This document shows, piece after piece, positions 8,842 to 19,490 of a stretch of 64,000 nucleotides of DNA. Location: positions 1-64,000 of IMG/VR virus record IMGVR_UViG_3300028559_000026, one strand, 5' to 3'. The DNA is from a virus. Every line of letters starts with the position of its first letter. Within the stretch, counting starts at the first letter, position 1. The translations under genes and the position numbers were made by a program. Under the pieces are notes generated by a model that was not told where the DNA came from, did no database searches, and saw only the letters and a list, made by a program, of their open reading frames with translations.

Positions 8842-11355
8842 CTATAGCGTACTTTTTAGAGAGCGTGGGCAGTCAACACTTACGGGGATGTATTGAGAAA
8901 TACCACGAACACCGACAGACATAGCTATGGATGCGACTGGACCAGCCTTAGAAATAGCCACCGAGGACACGCCAGTAAAGGTAGAATCACCCTCAAAGAG
9001 ATCACGGGCTGCTGCAGCCAATTCTTTCACATCGAGATCAGCAGTACTAACACCCACAGGAATATCCAAACCGAATTCTGGATGGTGCAGCAAAGAGCCC
9101 TTAGGTGTAGAGAGGGCAATGCGTGTGTACTGCACAATATTCCCCAAGCCCTGTGCAGTTGGTGTATCACCCTCTGGGGTCACTACCAGATCACCAGATG
9201 GCGAGAGTAACAGATCCATTCCAGCCACTGCCAAGAGTGAGTCAAATTCATGCAGATCGGGGATGCTCTTGGTCTTATAATCATCCTCAGATGGTTCTGT
9301 ATCGGATGGGATATAGATGACCTGACGGCAATTGACTGTATCGGGTAGATAGGCATGGATGAATGATTTGTCTGCCAGCTTAAAGCCCGAAACATTCTGG
9401 TCCATGGTGATAATGGTCATACCGGGCGATACCACATCTATCCTTACAACCACACACTTCAAGCGAGGTCTTCGGTCGGACATTAGGGTAACTGTCTGGC
9501 CTACACGAAGTTTAAGGGGCGATGAAACCGTAACCCGATTATCCACACCATTTGTAATCAGGTCGATATTGTACCCAAACTCATCTATAAACGGACTTCG
9601 TAGACCGTTGAGGGCTGCTATCTCCCCCCACCTATCAGGGTCGCCCAGATAGCGTTGCGCAAGCCTTTCCAGGGTGATCCCGTAGGGGAATGGGATGGCA
9701 AATTTGGATTTGGGAATCTGGAAAGCGATACCCGACCGTGAAGCTAGACCTGCAATGTACTCCATGGAGGATACTGTAAACCTCTCCACTGCACTGGCAG
9801 CAAGGTGGTCAAGCTCGATCAGTGATTGATTGATCGAGTAGAGAACATCAAAGTCATCATCGTTTGCTTGTCTTTGTGCGCTACCTTGTTTGCGATTGTA
9901 GATTTTGTCATAGACCGCATTGCCTACATTGAGTGCATCAGCGAATACATCGGACACCGCCTTGAGTGAATCTCTCGCCTGTTCAAAATCGGGACGTGTT
10001 AACCTCTGCACTCTTTGACGCTCACGAACAAGTGCATTGATAGTGCTTACATCGAGATTCAAATCTCCTGGCTTGATAACGGAAAACAGGTCGTAATGAT
10101 TCTCGGGCTCAGTGAAAATCTTATTGGCTGGATGTGACTCCAGTATTCTCAATATCTGAATGTCACCAGCTTTGGTATCCGACTTGGAAAGCTGAGAACC
10201 GAGGTCACGTAGTAGTTCCACGTCCTTCTGGTATTGGGCACTGGTTGCGGCCAGTGTTGCTCCTGCAGCTTGAAAGGTGTTCTTTACCGAGAACAGCTCA
10301 AGGATTGCTGTCCTAGCACCCAGGATGATTTGGCGTGGAAAGTCAGCAATCGACACAACGGCTCCTACACCATCTTTGAGGAATAAGCAAACTTCTCGTA
10401 GAGGTCGTAGAACAGCATCAGTCAAGTCACCAGTAAAGGCACGCATTGTATTGACAGAGTTATGCAGTACACGCCTAGAGTCGTTTAGAGCCTTCAGCGC
10501 CTTGGACATCTTGTCTGGGGTACTCGTAATTGGCTCTAGGTGAAGTTCAGTGTTGGCATAGGGTATCTTGTTAGACCCAGCACCTTGAGTCAAAGCAACA
10601 CGTCTCCAAGCCTTAAGGGAGAGTGAATATTGATACTCCCATACCTTGGGTACTGCTCTGCGTACGGAAAACTCTTGTGGAGTGACTAAGTAAACAGCCT
10701 CTTCTTTCCATACAGCAAAAGCTAGCCGGTAATTCTTATTAACATCATGCTTCTTGAATTCGACATATCGCTCCAGAAACTGCTGTAATAGGCGTAGCTG
10801 ATAATAGCCGCTGGTGCGTCCTACTTCAGTAGTATCATTAAAAGCACTCTTCTCGATCAGTACAGATGGTTGGTTCTGTGTTACGAAGTTATTGGCAGTA
10901 TCAGTTGCTGCTGTAGCCACGTTACTGGCCTGTTGTAGAGTACCAGCAAAGATGGTGTCTGTTACAGTGAATGGGGTAAGAGCTGGGGCCGAGCCACGCA
11001 ATGGGAGCACTCCCATACTGCCTGAGATATTAATCATGCGTATAGGAGCACCTGAGTGCTGTTCTACTACACCGCCTTGAGTCAGTGCCAAATCAATAGC
11101 AAATGGCATACTGACAGTCATTGCTTGTGGTGGTATAGGTAGTGTAAAGCTCCACTTCTGGTCTGGTACGTAAGTACCATCAGCCATTTGCTGGACTACA
11201 AGCAATTGATAAGGAAATTGCTTGTTCCAGTTGGCAGCATTTATCTGCTTTGTCTGATACCAGAATGGAGTGGATTGAGCTGGAGAGATATTACCAAAGG
11301 CAGCTAGTGATGCTGCCCCTTGGTTATTTGGAAGAGATGGTGCTTGGTATGCCAC
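8842..11355 (-). CDS. Baseplate protein: tube-initiator-like N-terminus + LysM + gp25-like sheath initiator
   Basis: FTLPIPPQ...INISGSMG N-terminus; LysM-like TLERLAQRYLGDPDRWGEIAALNGL; C-terminal LSTPKGSLLHHPEFG. Confidence 0.7.
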   Translation of the reverse strand: MAYQAPSLPNNQGAASLAAFGNISPAQSTPFWYQTKQINAANWNKQFPYQLLVVQQMADGTYVPDQKWSFTLPIPPQAMTVSMPFAIDLALTQGGVVEQHSGAPIRMINISGSMGVLPLRGSAPALTPFTVTDTIFAGTLQQASNVATAATDTANNFVTQNQPSVLIEKSAFNDTTEVGRTSGYYQLRLLQQFLERYVEFKKHDVNKNYRLAFAVWKEEAVYLVTPQEFSVRRAVPKVWEYQYSLSLKAWRRVALTQGAGSNKIPYANTELHLEPITSTPDKMSKALKALNDSRRVLHNSVNTMRAFTGDLTDAVLRPLREVCLFLKDGVGAVVSIADFPRQIILGARTAILELFSVKNTFQAAGATLAATSAQYQKDVELLRDLGSQLSKSDTKAGDIQILRILESHPANKIFTEPENHYDLFSVIKPGDLNLDVSTINALVRERQRVQRLTRPDFEQARDSLKAVSDVFADALNVGNAVYDKIYNRKQGSAQRQANDDDFDVLYSINQSLIELDHLAASAVERFTVSSMEYIAGLASRSGIAFQIPKSKFAIPFPYGITLERLAQRYLGDPDRWGEIAALNGLRSPFIDEFGYNIDLITNGVDNRVTVSSPLKLRVGQTVTLMSDRRPRLKCVVVRIDVVSPGMTIITMDQNVSGFKLADKSFIHAYLPDTVNCRQVIYIPSDTEPSEDDYKTKSIPDLHEFDSLLAVAGMDLLLSPSGDLVVTPEGDTPTAQGLGNIVQYTRIALSTPKGSLLHHPEFGLDIPVGVSTADLDVKELAAAARDLFEGDSTFTGVSSVAISKAGPVASIAMSVGVRGISQYIPVSVDCPRSLKSTL

Positions 11356-11362
11356 ACACTAG

Positions 11363-11367
11363 AGATT
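11363..11367 (-). promoter_or_regulatory. AATCT-N7-start late-promoter motif
   Basis: AATCT ctagtgt GTG(11355). Confidence 0.7.
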
Positions 11368-11371
11368 AATC

Positions 11372-12298
11372 CTAGAAGTCGTTAGCATCAAAACGGTGGC
11401 GGATATAGTTGATTGGGATAATCGGGTTGGGGTTAGCACCCGAGTTAACAACCACACCAAACGTCTTAGGACGGATGGTGGTAGCGGTCAAATCCTGTTC
11501 CTTAAGAATGACCTTTTGGCCGTTAGCGAATCGGACCGAGACGCGATACACATTGCCCTTCTTGGAGATCTGGAACTGGTTGGGATGATTACCTGTAGTG
11601 GAAACCAGCGCATTGCCACCAACACTGAATGGAACAGGCTGTACGTTACCCTCTTGGTATACAGCAGTGGAGGACATCGCAGTATAATCCACTGCAAGGA
11701 AGCATGCTAGATACGCCTCGTTATCCCATCCACCAGGAGCGGCTACATCCTCATTGGCCATGAAGATTAGACAGGTAATATCGGGGGCTACAGCATTCAG
11801 ACGGTTAACACCAAACGACATACCAACAGTCATCGTCCAGTTTTCTGGCACAGTATCCGAGATCAGCTTGCCAGCAATACCACCAAAATCAGTAATGTCA
11901 TTGCCGGGCTGAATGCAAAGGGCTGATGGATTGCCTGCGGTTCCGAGCTGGTATCGGTATACGGGGCCAGACTCATTGGCAAACTCTGAGAGCACAGCCT
12001 CAGTCCAGGTGACGGTATGGGCACTGGCTACATGGGAAAACAGTTTCCACTTAGGGTCAAGCACAGTCCCATCAAATTCGTCGTCATCTGGGCCAAGGGT
12101 CTGGGGTGGGGCTTCTGGGGAGTAGAAGCTGTTAAAGTTAGCTGCAGGGGCAAGGGAAGCTAGATAATCTCCAATCTTAGGTTTGACACAGAGGTCAGTA
12201 GGCTGGAAACCTACCGTGGTGCGCCAAATGGCAAAAAGTGGGTCGCCGAAAAAACGGTTCAAAAGATCAATATGGTTTACTGGTAGTGTATCTGACAT
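11372..12298 (-). CDS. putative virion protein, beta-sandwich/lectin-like
   Basis: DDEFDGTVLDPKW opening typical of ConA-like domains; start set to ATG 12298 by the AATCT-N7 motif. Confidence 0.55.
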   Translation of the reverse strand: MSDTLPVNHIDLLNRFFGDPLFAIWRTTVGFQPTDLCVKPKIGDYLASLAPAANFNSFYSPEAPPQTLGPDDDEFDGTVLDPKWKLFSHVASAHTVTWTEAVLSEFANESGPVYRYQLGTAGNPSALCIQPGNDITDFGGIAGKLISDTVPENWTMTVGMSFGVNRLNAVAPDITCLIFMANEDVAAPGGWDNEAYLACFLAVDYTAMSSTAVYQEGNVQPVPFSVGGNALVSTTGNHPNQFQISKKGNVYRVSVRFANGQKVILKEQDLTATTIRPKTFGVVVNSGANPNPIIPINYIRHRFDANDF

Positions 12299-12305
12299 AC
12301 CAATT

Positions 12306-12310
12306 AGATT
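12306..12310 (-). promoter_or_regulatory. AATCT-N7-start late-promoter motif
   Basis: AATCT aattggt ATG(12298). Confidence 0.7.
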
Positions 12311-12314
12311 ATTC

Positions 12315-12836
12315 TCAATAGTTCCAGGATAGATGAAAAATTTGCACAGTACCAATTACATTGGAACAGCTAATATACAAATCATATAAACCGTCACTTG
12401 GTATAGCTATGTTTGCTACAGTGCGTAACTGTGGAGAACCTTGTGCTTGGCCAAGCTGTACTATTTGCAAATTATCAGAGTGCCTTTTAATATCCAAATA
12501 GGATGTGTCTAATGGATCATCACAACCAAGCACCAGACGCATAATACTGATAGTGCCAGCAGAAAGTAGGATGCTACCTATCAATTTCTGAGCATTACCA
12601 ATTGAAGATTGCGCCATCGGTATATTGCCGCTTTTGGTGCCATCTAACATACCAGAACGTAGTGTCGAAAGGACGGTTGACAAAAATGCGCTTTTAATCA
12701 TCTCCTTGTAAGGTGAAGTAATTGGGGCATCATATCCAGTCATCTTAAGGATTGTGCCAGCACCATCAGTCAAGGCTTGCTCTAAGATGATATTAGCCTT
12801 ATTGATTGCTTCTTGCTCGATTTGGGTGATGTCCAT
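12315..12836 (-). CDS. hypothetical baseplate-region protein
   Basis: Abuts the spike gene stop. Confidence 0.65.
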   Translation of the reverse strand: MDITQIEQEAINKANIILEQALTDGAGTILKMTGYDAPITSPYKEMIKSAFLSTVLSTLRSGMLDGTKSGNIPMAQSSIGNAQKLIGSILLSAGTISIMRLVLGCDDPLDTSYLDIKRHSDNLQIVQLGQAQGSPQLRTVANIAIPSDGLYDLYISCSNVIGTVQIFHLSWNY

Positions 12837-13832
12837 TTAGTCGTTCTCGTTATTAGAGGAGAGGTAGCTTCCATTCTCAAACACCCTAATGGCTTGTATG
12901 GTAAGTTTAATGAGCTGGGTGACTCCGGTTAGCTGTACTGAGATAGCGGCGAAAGATGGTGCTGCCAATGTACCGCCTACTACTGGAACAGCTATTAGTC
13001 CTGATGCGGTCTTGAGCTGGGTGGCCATCGTTTCGTTTAATGTAGACAGAAACGTCAAAATATTGACCATGGTATTGTGCATGCTGGATTCTGACCGACG
13101 GTAATCACTAAACAGTGGGAACTTGTTTGTTGCTCTACCTACTTTAATGCCATTATCAGCCTTCAATTCCACAGTCTTATTTGGTTGATTGATGGCTATG
13201 GTTTGGTTGTCGGTATTGGCAGTGACAGAACCATTAGAGGAAAAAGAAAGTGTTGACTTTTTCTCAGTATTGGTGTGCTTGCCATCTATACCAGTAGGCC
13301 CCGTCCTAGACAAAGTGATCTCGCCCTTGGCATTTATGGATAAAATCACACCATTAAGTTCAGACTGGAAAACGATGTTATTGTCAAGGAAATTCTGGTC
13401 GCCACTGTCCTTTTCATCTCTAAGACCACCCAGGATAATAGCTTGGTTGTGCTCACTGTTCACACAAAGCAATAAAACCTTAGAGCCCATACCCAAGCCT
13501 TCACTGTCCCTTTTGTTGTCAGCTCGTAGCTGCATAAAGCTACGATCCGCTAGGCCAGCTAATGGATTGATTAAAACGCAGTTGGAGTATTCCCTAGAGG
13601 TTCCGGTACGTGTTTCGGGATCTAGATACTGAGCTTGCACTCTATACTCTACAAACAGCTTAGACAAACTACTGGCGCTAGAAGGCAATATCACTTCTAC
13701 CACTTCACCAACCTTTAGAGTGGTATCACTAAAAGCCCCATCATTCTTAGGCGTGTGTAGCTCTAAGTAATGTGGTAGTATTGATTCTGGGGATAGGCTA
13801 CCACCTGTATATGATGTAGGGCGTGATATCAT
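12837..13832 (-). CDS. Baseplate central spike (gpV/gp5-like)
   Basis: OB-fold-like GEVVEV...GSKVLLLCVN...AIILGGL, then short beta repeats; follows the hub; ATG 13832 preferred. Confidence 0.65.
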   Translation of the reverse strand: MISRPTSYTGGSLSPESILPHYLELHTPKNDGAFSDTTLKVGEVVEVILPSSASSLSKLFVEYRVQAQYLDPETRTGTSREYSNCVLINPLAGLADRSFMQLRADNKRDSEGLGMGSKVLLLCVNSEHNQAIILGGLRDEKDSGDQNFLDNNIVFQSELNGVILSINAKGEITLSRTGPTGIDGKHTNTEKKSTLSFSSNGSVTANTDNQTIAINQPNKTVELKADNGIKVGRATNKFPLFSDYRRSESSMHNTMVNILTFLSTLNETMATQLKTASGLIAVPVVGGTLAAPSFAAISVQLTGVTQLIKLTIQAIRVFENGSYLSSNNEND

Positions 13833-13834
13833 AA

Positions 13835-15844
13835 TTAAAAGGTTGTTATCGACGGGTCGTCGATATCCTGGGACCACTGCTTGACCGAATCAATATCATT
13901 GATTTTATCCCTAAACCCTTCATTGGTTAAACCAGGGTCCATATCTCTTTGATCTTTTTGATTGATTCCAGAGTATAGATAAGAATCATCATCAATGCGA
14001 CCTTCTTGATAAACTTCATCGGTATCAGTCCTCATTCCATGTGTAATAGTGATAGTGGTTGTAAAACTGCTAGTAGGGCGTTCAGTATGGTATGACCTAC
14101 TGCAGTTATGTGTTACTGATTCGATATGACCAATAATACCATCCCATTCTATGTTATCGCCGTGGATAATAGGTGACTGGACACCAAGCATAACGATACT
14201 GCCATTCATGGTCATGTTTTGGCCCATGAGCCAGTCGCTAGCTATTTCCATCCACTTACGTGGTCCTCGTGCAGAATCCTCCAGTGAACATGCCACCATG
14301 GTCATATATGGTCTTAGACCGTTTCGCTGGATATCGAGATCATCCCTAATGGGTGGATTGCGGACAAGCTGATAAGTCAGGTTATTGTTCTTCTTGGGTG
14401 GTGGGGATGACTGACCATAGATATGGATAAAGTTGAATCTAGCAGCATCCGATCTGCCTAGCTGGTCCTCATATACCAATGACGGATGTATTACCCACCT
14501 TGGTATCTCTAGGTATGGAGTCAAGACAATATTGCTCTTTTCCATATTCTTCGTGGTCACTTCAGTGGAAAATGGCATTTGACGTACCACTACTGTGGGT
14601 ACTACGTCGCCAATTTCATTTACCCTCAAAGCTGTATACATCTCATTGATGGTTGGGTTAAGCCATTGTTGAAGGACGGTCCATAAGGGTTTGTTGCTAA
14701 AATCTGGAATGGTGGGCACAAATTGGCCAAGCATTCCTTTGCCAGTCCTCTTATGAGGCTTCACATAATTACCACCTGGAACAGCCTCTATGTTCTGGGC
14801 AATGCCATCTGGAACGAATACAGACCATGGTGCCACATCCCCTGGCTGTGTACCTGCTACACCGGAAAAGCGCTGTACACCAGTCAATAGCTCCATGATG
14901 TCGGCAAAAGCCAAAATCTCAGTCTTGGATCTGGAAGTCTTACCAAGTAACTGCCCTACTTCACTTGGTACTAGATAGGCGTATGGTGCCTCTACGCTAT
15001 CGCCTTGAACACCACCAGTCACAATTCGTAGGTGTGAGTCCTGGCCTGGATTGGCATATCTTTGTGGAATACCATCGCCTAGAATCAGGTCTACAAAGAA
15101 TGGGATTACTTCATTAATATCTATAGCTGCTGTGGAAGCAAAGTCATTGGATGGTGTATTGAGTAATTGTGAAATACTCTTACCTAATTTAGCCAACCAA
15201 GATCCCATCAGCTTGTTACTCTCGGCCAAATGTGGATCATAGAAAATCATGGTATCCAATTCTTGGAAACCTACTGCGGACAAGGCGTAGTGTACTGTGG
15301 TAGTTCCACCACCTCGATCCCTCTGTCGCATTCTGCGCACATCATGGACACGACCAATAAACTTCAAACCATCATCAAACTTATTGACTTTTTCTAAATT
15401 GCGAATTCTCTTGACAATATCCTTGCACTTATCTTGTGATTGCGTCATCCATGCCATCACCCAATCTCCTGGGAGAATCGCGGACATATAATTATTTTCA
15501 GAACCTAGTAGCTGTGCTGATAAAGATGATGTATGCTGTGATTTGGATGAAGTCACCATCATTTCTACGCAGTCATCAGTAATGACCAGTACTGGACCTC
15601 TAGTGTGTACACCATCAGCAGGGTTCTTAGAGATACTTACAGTGTCGCCAGGAGATGATGCCAGGAGCTTGTTTCGGTCTAGTGATACAGGTCGTGATAG
15701 CCGAATGACCGCTATAACCCAGGACGCTGAGACACTTATCTCCTCAGCGGCAGTCTCTCTTTCCTTATTGGTCTTGGGGCGATTGAGTAGAAAGTCATCC
15801 ACCAAGTGGTATCGGGGAGCAAGCGAGCCGGTACGTTCTAACAT
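13835..15844 (-). CDS. Baseplate hub (gp27-like)
   Basis: PGDWVMAW, FIGRV..V, NEMY, NGSIV..G...I..GDN, HIESVTH; lies between tape measure and spike. Confidence 0.7.
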   Translation of the reverse strand: MLERTGSLAPRYHLVDDFLLNRPKTNKERETAAEEISVSASWVIAVIRLSRPVSLDRNKLLASSPGDTVSISKNPADGVHTRGPVLVITDDCVEMMVTSSKSQHTSSLSAQLLGSENNYMSAILPGDWVMAWMTQSQDKCKDIVKRIRNLEKVNKFDDGLKFIGRVHDVRRMRQRDRGGGTTTVHYALSAVGFQELDTMIFYDPHLAESNKLMGSWLAKLGKSISQLLNTPSNDFASTAAIDINEVIPFFVDLILGDGIPQRYANPGQDSHLRIVTGGVQGDSVEAPYAYLVPSEVGQLLGKTSRSKTEILAFADIMELLTGVQRFSGVAGTQPGDVAPWSVFVPDGIAQNIEAVPGGNYVKPHKRTGKGMLGQFVPTIPDFSNKPLWTVLQQWLNPTINEMYTALRVNEIGDVVPTVVVRQMPFSTEVTTKNMEKSNIVLTPYLEIPRWVIHPSLVYEDQLGRSDAARFNFIHIYGQSSPPPKKNNNLTYQLVRNPPIRDDLDIQRNGLRPYMTMVACSLEDSARGPRKWMEIASDWLMGQNMTMNGSIVMLGVQSPIIHGDNIEWDGIIGHIESVTHNCSRSYHTERPTSSFTTTITITHGMRTDTDEVYQEGRIDDDSYLYSGINQKDQRDMDPGLTNEGFRDKINDIDSVKQWSQDIDDPSITTF

Positions 15845-15851
15845 ATAAGCA

Positions 15852-15856
15852 AGATT
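15852..15856 (-). promoter_or_regulatory. AATCT-N7-start late-promoter motif
   Basis: AATCT tgcttat ATG(15844). Confidence 0.7.
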
Positions 15857-15859
15857 GGA

Positions 15860-16108
15860 GTGTGTTTGATGAAATTTACATACGGCGGCATTAGTATTGA
15901 TGACGATACATGGGCTAGTGCATCACCATTTCCATGCGATAACCAGGATGGGTCTTATATTAAAGTGGAGTTTAATGGATCACCTCCTGTATGTCTAACT
16001 GAGAAATTCTTGATTCACGCTCTGGGATTACTCAAATTTGATGCCAACTACAAGAAATACACAGAATGTGTAGATCGTATCAATAAGTCTATGGAGTTAT
16101 CTAAGTAA
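15860..16108 (+). CDS. hypothetical protein
   Basis: GGAG SD; TAATG coupling to the next gene. Confidence 0.55.
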   Translation: MCLMKFTYGGISIDDDTWASASPFPCDNQDGSYIKVEFNGSPPVCLTEKFLIHALGLLKFDANYKKYTECVDRINKSMELSK

Positions 16109-16302
16109 TGCTCTCTTATAGAGATACTAGACAAGCAATCCTTTGTCGTCTTAATTTCGATAGGGCACAAGGTGTCAGTGAGAAGGATTTGCAAGCACTT
16201 ACTGGTCTAAACGCACAAGAGGTAGATACAGTACTGTCGGACCTGGAAAACGAAGGTGTTATCCGATGGTCCAGACTTATCAAAGAATGGATTATCGTTT
16301 AG
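16108..16302 (+). CDS. small winged-helix DNA-binding-like protein
   Basis: SEKDLQALTGLNAQEVDTVLSDLENEGVI. Confidence 0.55.
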   Translation: MLSYRDTRQAILCRLNFDRAQGVSEKDLQALTGLNAQEVDTVLSDLENEGVIRWSRLIKEWIIV

Positions 16303-18892
16303 GTGTGGCTTGGCGACTGGAAGGCAGACCTCTGATACGACGCTCTGCAGTTTGGATAGCGTCGGTTAGACCGTTAAGTGCCGCTGCTACTTGGTCTGCT
16401 GCCATACCAACCGATTGACCTACTCGGTTCAGGCTTTCCATGCTTTGCCTACGCTCTGAGATCATACCCTGGATATGGCCAGTACTTTGCTCGATCCACT
16501 TCTCATTGTCACCTTCAAATTCCGATGTCTTAGCTAACTGCTTAAGCTGATCGGAGCCTTGTGCTGGGTCGCCTACACCACGTCCAGAAACTCTCTTGCC
16601 ATTAACATAGCTGCCATTGGTGCCTAGACCACCCTGGATACGAGCTAGTGACTGACCAGCCATATCAGAGTTTGCCCAGCCGATATCTTGGTAAAACGCC
16701 CCCTGATTAACAAAGGCACGATCCTGGAATGCTTTGGCGTCTTTACCTGATAAACCTAAGCGCTGTGGTGCATCTTGTAGGAACTTCTTGAAGTTGCCAC
16801 CATATTGCTCAGTAACTATCTTGGCTTGTTTTTGGACATCGTTTAGGCCAGCTTGTTCTGGACTGGCTCCAATATTGCGATCATACGCTCTAGCAAAAGT
16901 CTTCTTGGCGAACTGCTCTACTGATTCAGAAGTAATACCTCTAGCTTTCAATTCTGCTGGTACACGACCTGTGGCTAGTACTTCGGCAATGGTGGCCGGA
17001 TCTAGTGTAGCTAGATACTCTTGGGACATTACACTACCACCGGGTAGAGCCTGGATAGCATTGAGTAGGTTGGAACCTGACTGGTAAGCGTCGATCTTAC
17101 CACCAGTCACATTGCCCATCGCACCCAAGCCTTGCGGCATGAAGTTCTGTAGGAGCATGTCCTGGGCACCATTCGCACCACGACCATACTGATACATGGC
17201 ACCAAGCATGCCCTGACCGGACGTGATCGGATTGCCACCCATAAGGGCACCAGAAAGCGTCCCAGCCATTCTGGAAGCTGCCCCCCTATCCATGCCCCCA
17301 TTGCCACCAATCGCGCCTGTAAACTGATCCCAGAGTCCTGGGTTGCCTACTAGGGCTGCAGTGCCCGCCATCAGTCCGGCGTTAGGTAGATGGCCACCGA
17401 GGTTTCCATAAATGGCTCGATGCCGGTATTGTTGCCCAGCTTGATAGCCCGCTACACCAGCAACAGCATGTTGCCCACCAATAACCTCTTCAGGGCTGAT
17501 TGCATTGTTTTGGTAGCTACGCATAATACGACTTGCATAGTTACGCTTTTCAATTGGATCGCCACCCATAATGCTTGACAACCCCTGCATAATGGGATTG
17601 CCAGAAGTGGACCAGTTTTCTCTAAAGACCTTGGTACCTGCACCAAGACCACGCATATGACTAATAACACTGCCAGCATTCTCTTGGAAGTGACGGACAC
17701 CAGCGAATTCAAGTGGATTGGCTTGCTCCATTTGCTGTGCGTACTGCAACATAGAACCAGCTTGCTCTACAGGGATATTGTCTTTGGTTCTTACAGCTTC
17801 ATTGACTGCACCAAACGGGTCTAGGCCAAATACACCACGCTTAACTGCCCTACCCATAATGTCCCACATACGGGAGTTAGAACGGTTAAACTCAAAACCG
17901 CCATTTCGATTGGTGGTGCCACCACTTGGAGCCCAAGCACCAAAACCGTGGCCATACATCGCCCTGGAACCTTCGCCAAGTCTGCCAAAGTCCTCGGTAA
18001 AGTACTGGTTAGACCTCATCACCCCCATTGCATGCAGCAGTGTTAGATCGCCACCCCTGATGCCCATGGCTGCATTACCATAAGCACCGCCCTGCTTTAC
18101 AGATCGAGCTATGAAGTCATGCGGGGACGCTTGTGCTTCTGCCTGGGTGGATCGAAGAGTGTTGACGATGGTTTTACCTACAATGTACCCAAAGACTGCT
18201 GCACCGCCAGCCTTCATCATTCCGTCAGATACACCGAGGCGGTTGACAATATCACGTACTCCACCGCCACCAGAACCAGGGGCACCAGCCATTGCCCCGC
18301 CACCAGCACCAGCTCCTCTACCACCACCATAGCCGTTAAGCTGTGCATATCTCTGTTGCAGCATCCCCTCACGGGATTGTGCAGAACCTAGTTCCTCGAA
18401 TTTGTCAAGCATTTTCCCGCGTACTTCTTCGGGATTGCCGACATACAAACGCCCCGCACCCTTATATTTCTCCATATGTGCGTATTCGCGGTTAAGGTCT
18501 TCGATATCCTTCTTTAACCTACGTATGTCCTGCTGCTGTTTGCCTACCTCATCCTTTAGAGCACCCGACATTACACGTAGCGCATCCTTGGACGAAGAAG
18601 CTATGGTCTGAAATAACTGCTTGTTTTCCAGGATCTGTTTTGTTAGCATTCCACCAGCACCAGCCATGGAGCCGCTTTTGATGGCTTCATTAGCTGGGTT
18701 GAACTTGGTTGCTGACTGACCACTCATCTGGGCACCAGCACGACCATTGGTGCCACCCAACACACGATTCAGGTCTTGTGTGGTTTTCTGTGCTTCTCTG
18801 GCTAGTTCACGTAGCAGGTTCACACCCTTACGGACGCTAGCTTCATCCATGCCGAGTGTAAATTTTAGTTCCTTGTCTTGCGGTGTACCCAT
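16292..18892 (-). CDS. Tail tape measure protein
   Basis: 866 aa, Gly/Ala/Met-rich with N-terminal coiled coil; lies between tail chaperones and hub. Confidence 0.75.
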   Translation of the reverse strand: MGTPQDKELKFTLGMDEASVRKGVNLLRELAREAQKTTQDLNRVLGGTNGRAGAQMSGQSATKFNPANEAIKSGSMAGAGGMLTKQILENKQLFQTIASSSKDALRVMSGALKDEVGKQQQDIRRLKKDIEDLNREYAHMEKYKGAGRLYVGNPEEVRGKMLDKFEELGSAQSREGMLQQRYAQLNGYGGGRGAGAGGGAMAGAPGSGGGGVRDIVNRLGVSDGMMKAGGAAVFGYIVGKTIVNTLRSTQAEAQASPHDFIARSVKQGGAYGNAAMGIRGGDLTLLHAMGVMRSNQYFTEDFGRLGEGSRAMYGHGFGAWAPSGGTTNRNGGFEFNRSNSRMWDIMGRAVKRGVFGLDPFGAVNEAVRTKDNIPVEQAGSMLQYAQQMEQANPLEFAGVRHFQENAGSVISHMRGLGAGTKVFRENWSTSGNPIMQGLSSIMGGDPIEKRNYASRIMRSYQNNAISPEEVIGGQHAVAGVAGYQAGQQYRHRAIYGNLGGHLPNAGLMAGTAALVGNPGLWDQFTGAIGGNGGMDRGAASRMAGTLSGALMGGNPITSGQGMLGAMYQYGRGANGAQDMLLQNFMPQGLGAMGNVTGGKIDAYQSGSNLLNAIQALPGGSVMSQEYLATLDPATIAEVLATGRVPAELKARGITSESVEQFAKKTFARAYDRNIGASPEQAGLNDVQKQAKIVTEQYGGNFKKFLQDAPQRLGLSGKDAKAFQDRAFVNQGAFYQDIGWANSDMAGQSLARIQGGLGTNGSYVNGKRVSGRGVGDPAQGSDQLKQLAKTSEFEGDNEKWIEQSTGHIQGMISERRQSMESLNRVGQSVGMAADQVAAALNGLTDAIQTAERRIRGLPSSRQATPKR

Positions 18893-18899
18893 AAATGGA

Positions 18900-18904
18900 A
18901 GATT
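18900..18904 (-). promoter_or_regulatory. AATCT-N7-start late-promoter motif
   Basis: AATCT tccattt ATG(18892). Confidence 0.7.
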
Positions 18905-18906
18905 GC

Positions 18907-18934
18907 TTGACAGGCGCTATGAATTTGATACTAT
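18907..18934 (+). promoter_or_regulatory. sigma70-like promoter
   Basis: TTGACA-16-TACTAT with extended TG; GAGGAG SD then ATG 18956. Confidence 0.65.
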
Positions 18935-18955
18935 AAGTGGAGAGGAGTTGTAAAC

Positions 18956-19462
18956 ATGGAAAATGAACGATGGGAGCGGGACTTTGAAATTACTCTACGC
19001 TTTCTTCTAAACACCCAGAAGGATGGTGTTTGGATGATGGTGAATTACCAGACTGGTGAGTTTGAGAGGGCTGATGAATGGCTAGCTAAGAATGGCAAGA
19101 CTAGCATGAACATTGACCTGCCCAGTATGTTTTCAGGGGCGGTTGGTGCGCGTGGGTTTTCGCTAAGCGACGACCAGAAACAAGAATACCGAAATAAGTA
19201 TCACAATGTACGCTTGTGTGAGGTTATGGAGTTTGATGGCCTCAAGATTCTAGCGCCCAGGAATGAGCACAAGCTCATCACACTTTTTTTGACGAAGTGG
19301 AGTGGTGAGGAGTGGCTATACAAAGATGATTTTATTGAGGAAGTACAAAAATGGCCACAGCAGGCCTTTGTGCCCGTCCGTATTGACCTAGTACCAAATA
19401 CAGGTATGCCAGTTATGGATGCCATGAAGAAGTTGTTTTTTGCAACCATTATGGAGGAATAG
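18956..19462 (+). CDS. hypothetical protein
   Basis: 168 aa, strong SD. Confidence 0.7.
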   Translation: MENERWERDFEITLRFLLNTQKDGVWMMVNYQTGEFERADEWLAKNGKTSMNIDLPSMFSGAVGARGFSLSDDQKQEYRNKYHNVRLCEVMEFDGLKILAPRNEHKLITLFLTKWSGEEWLYKDDFIEEVQKWPQQAFVPVRIDLVPNTGMPVMDAMKKLFFATIMEE

Positions 19463-19490
19463 ATGAAAGTATATGTACTGATTGAGGTAG

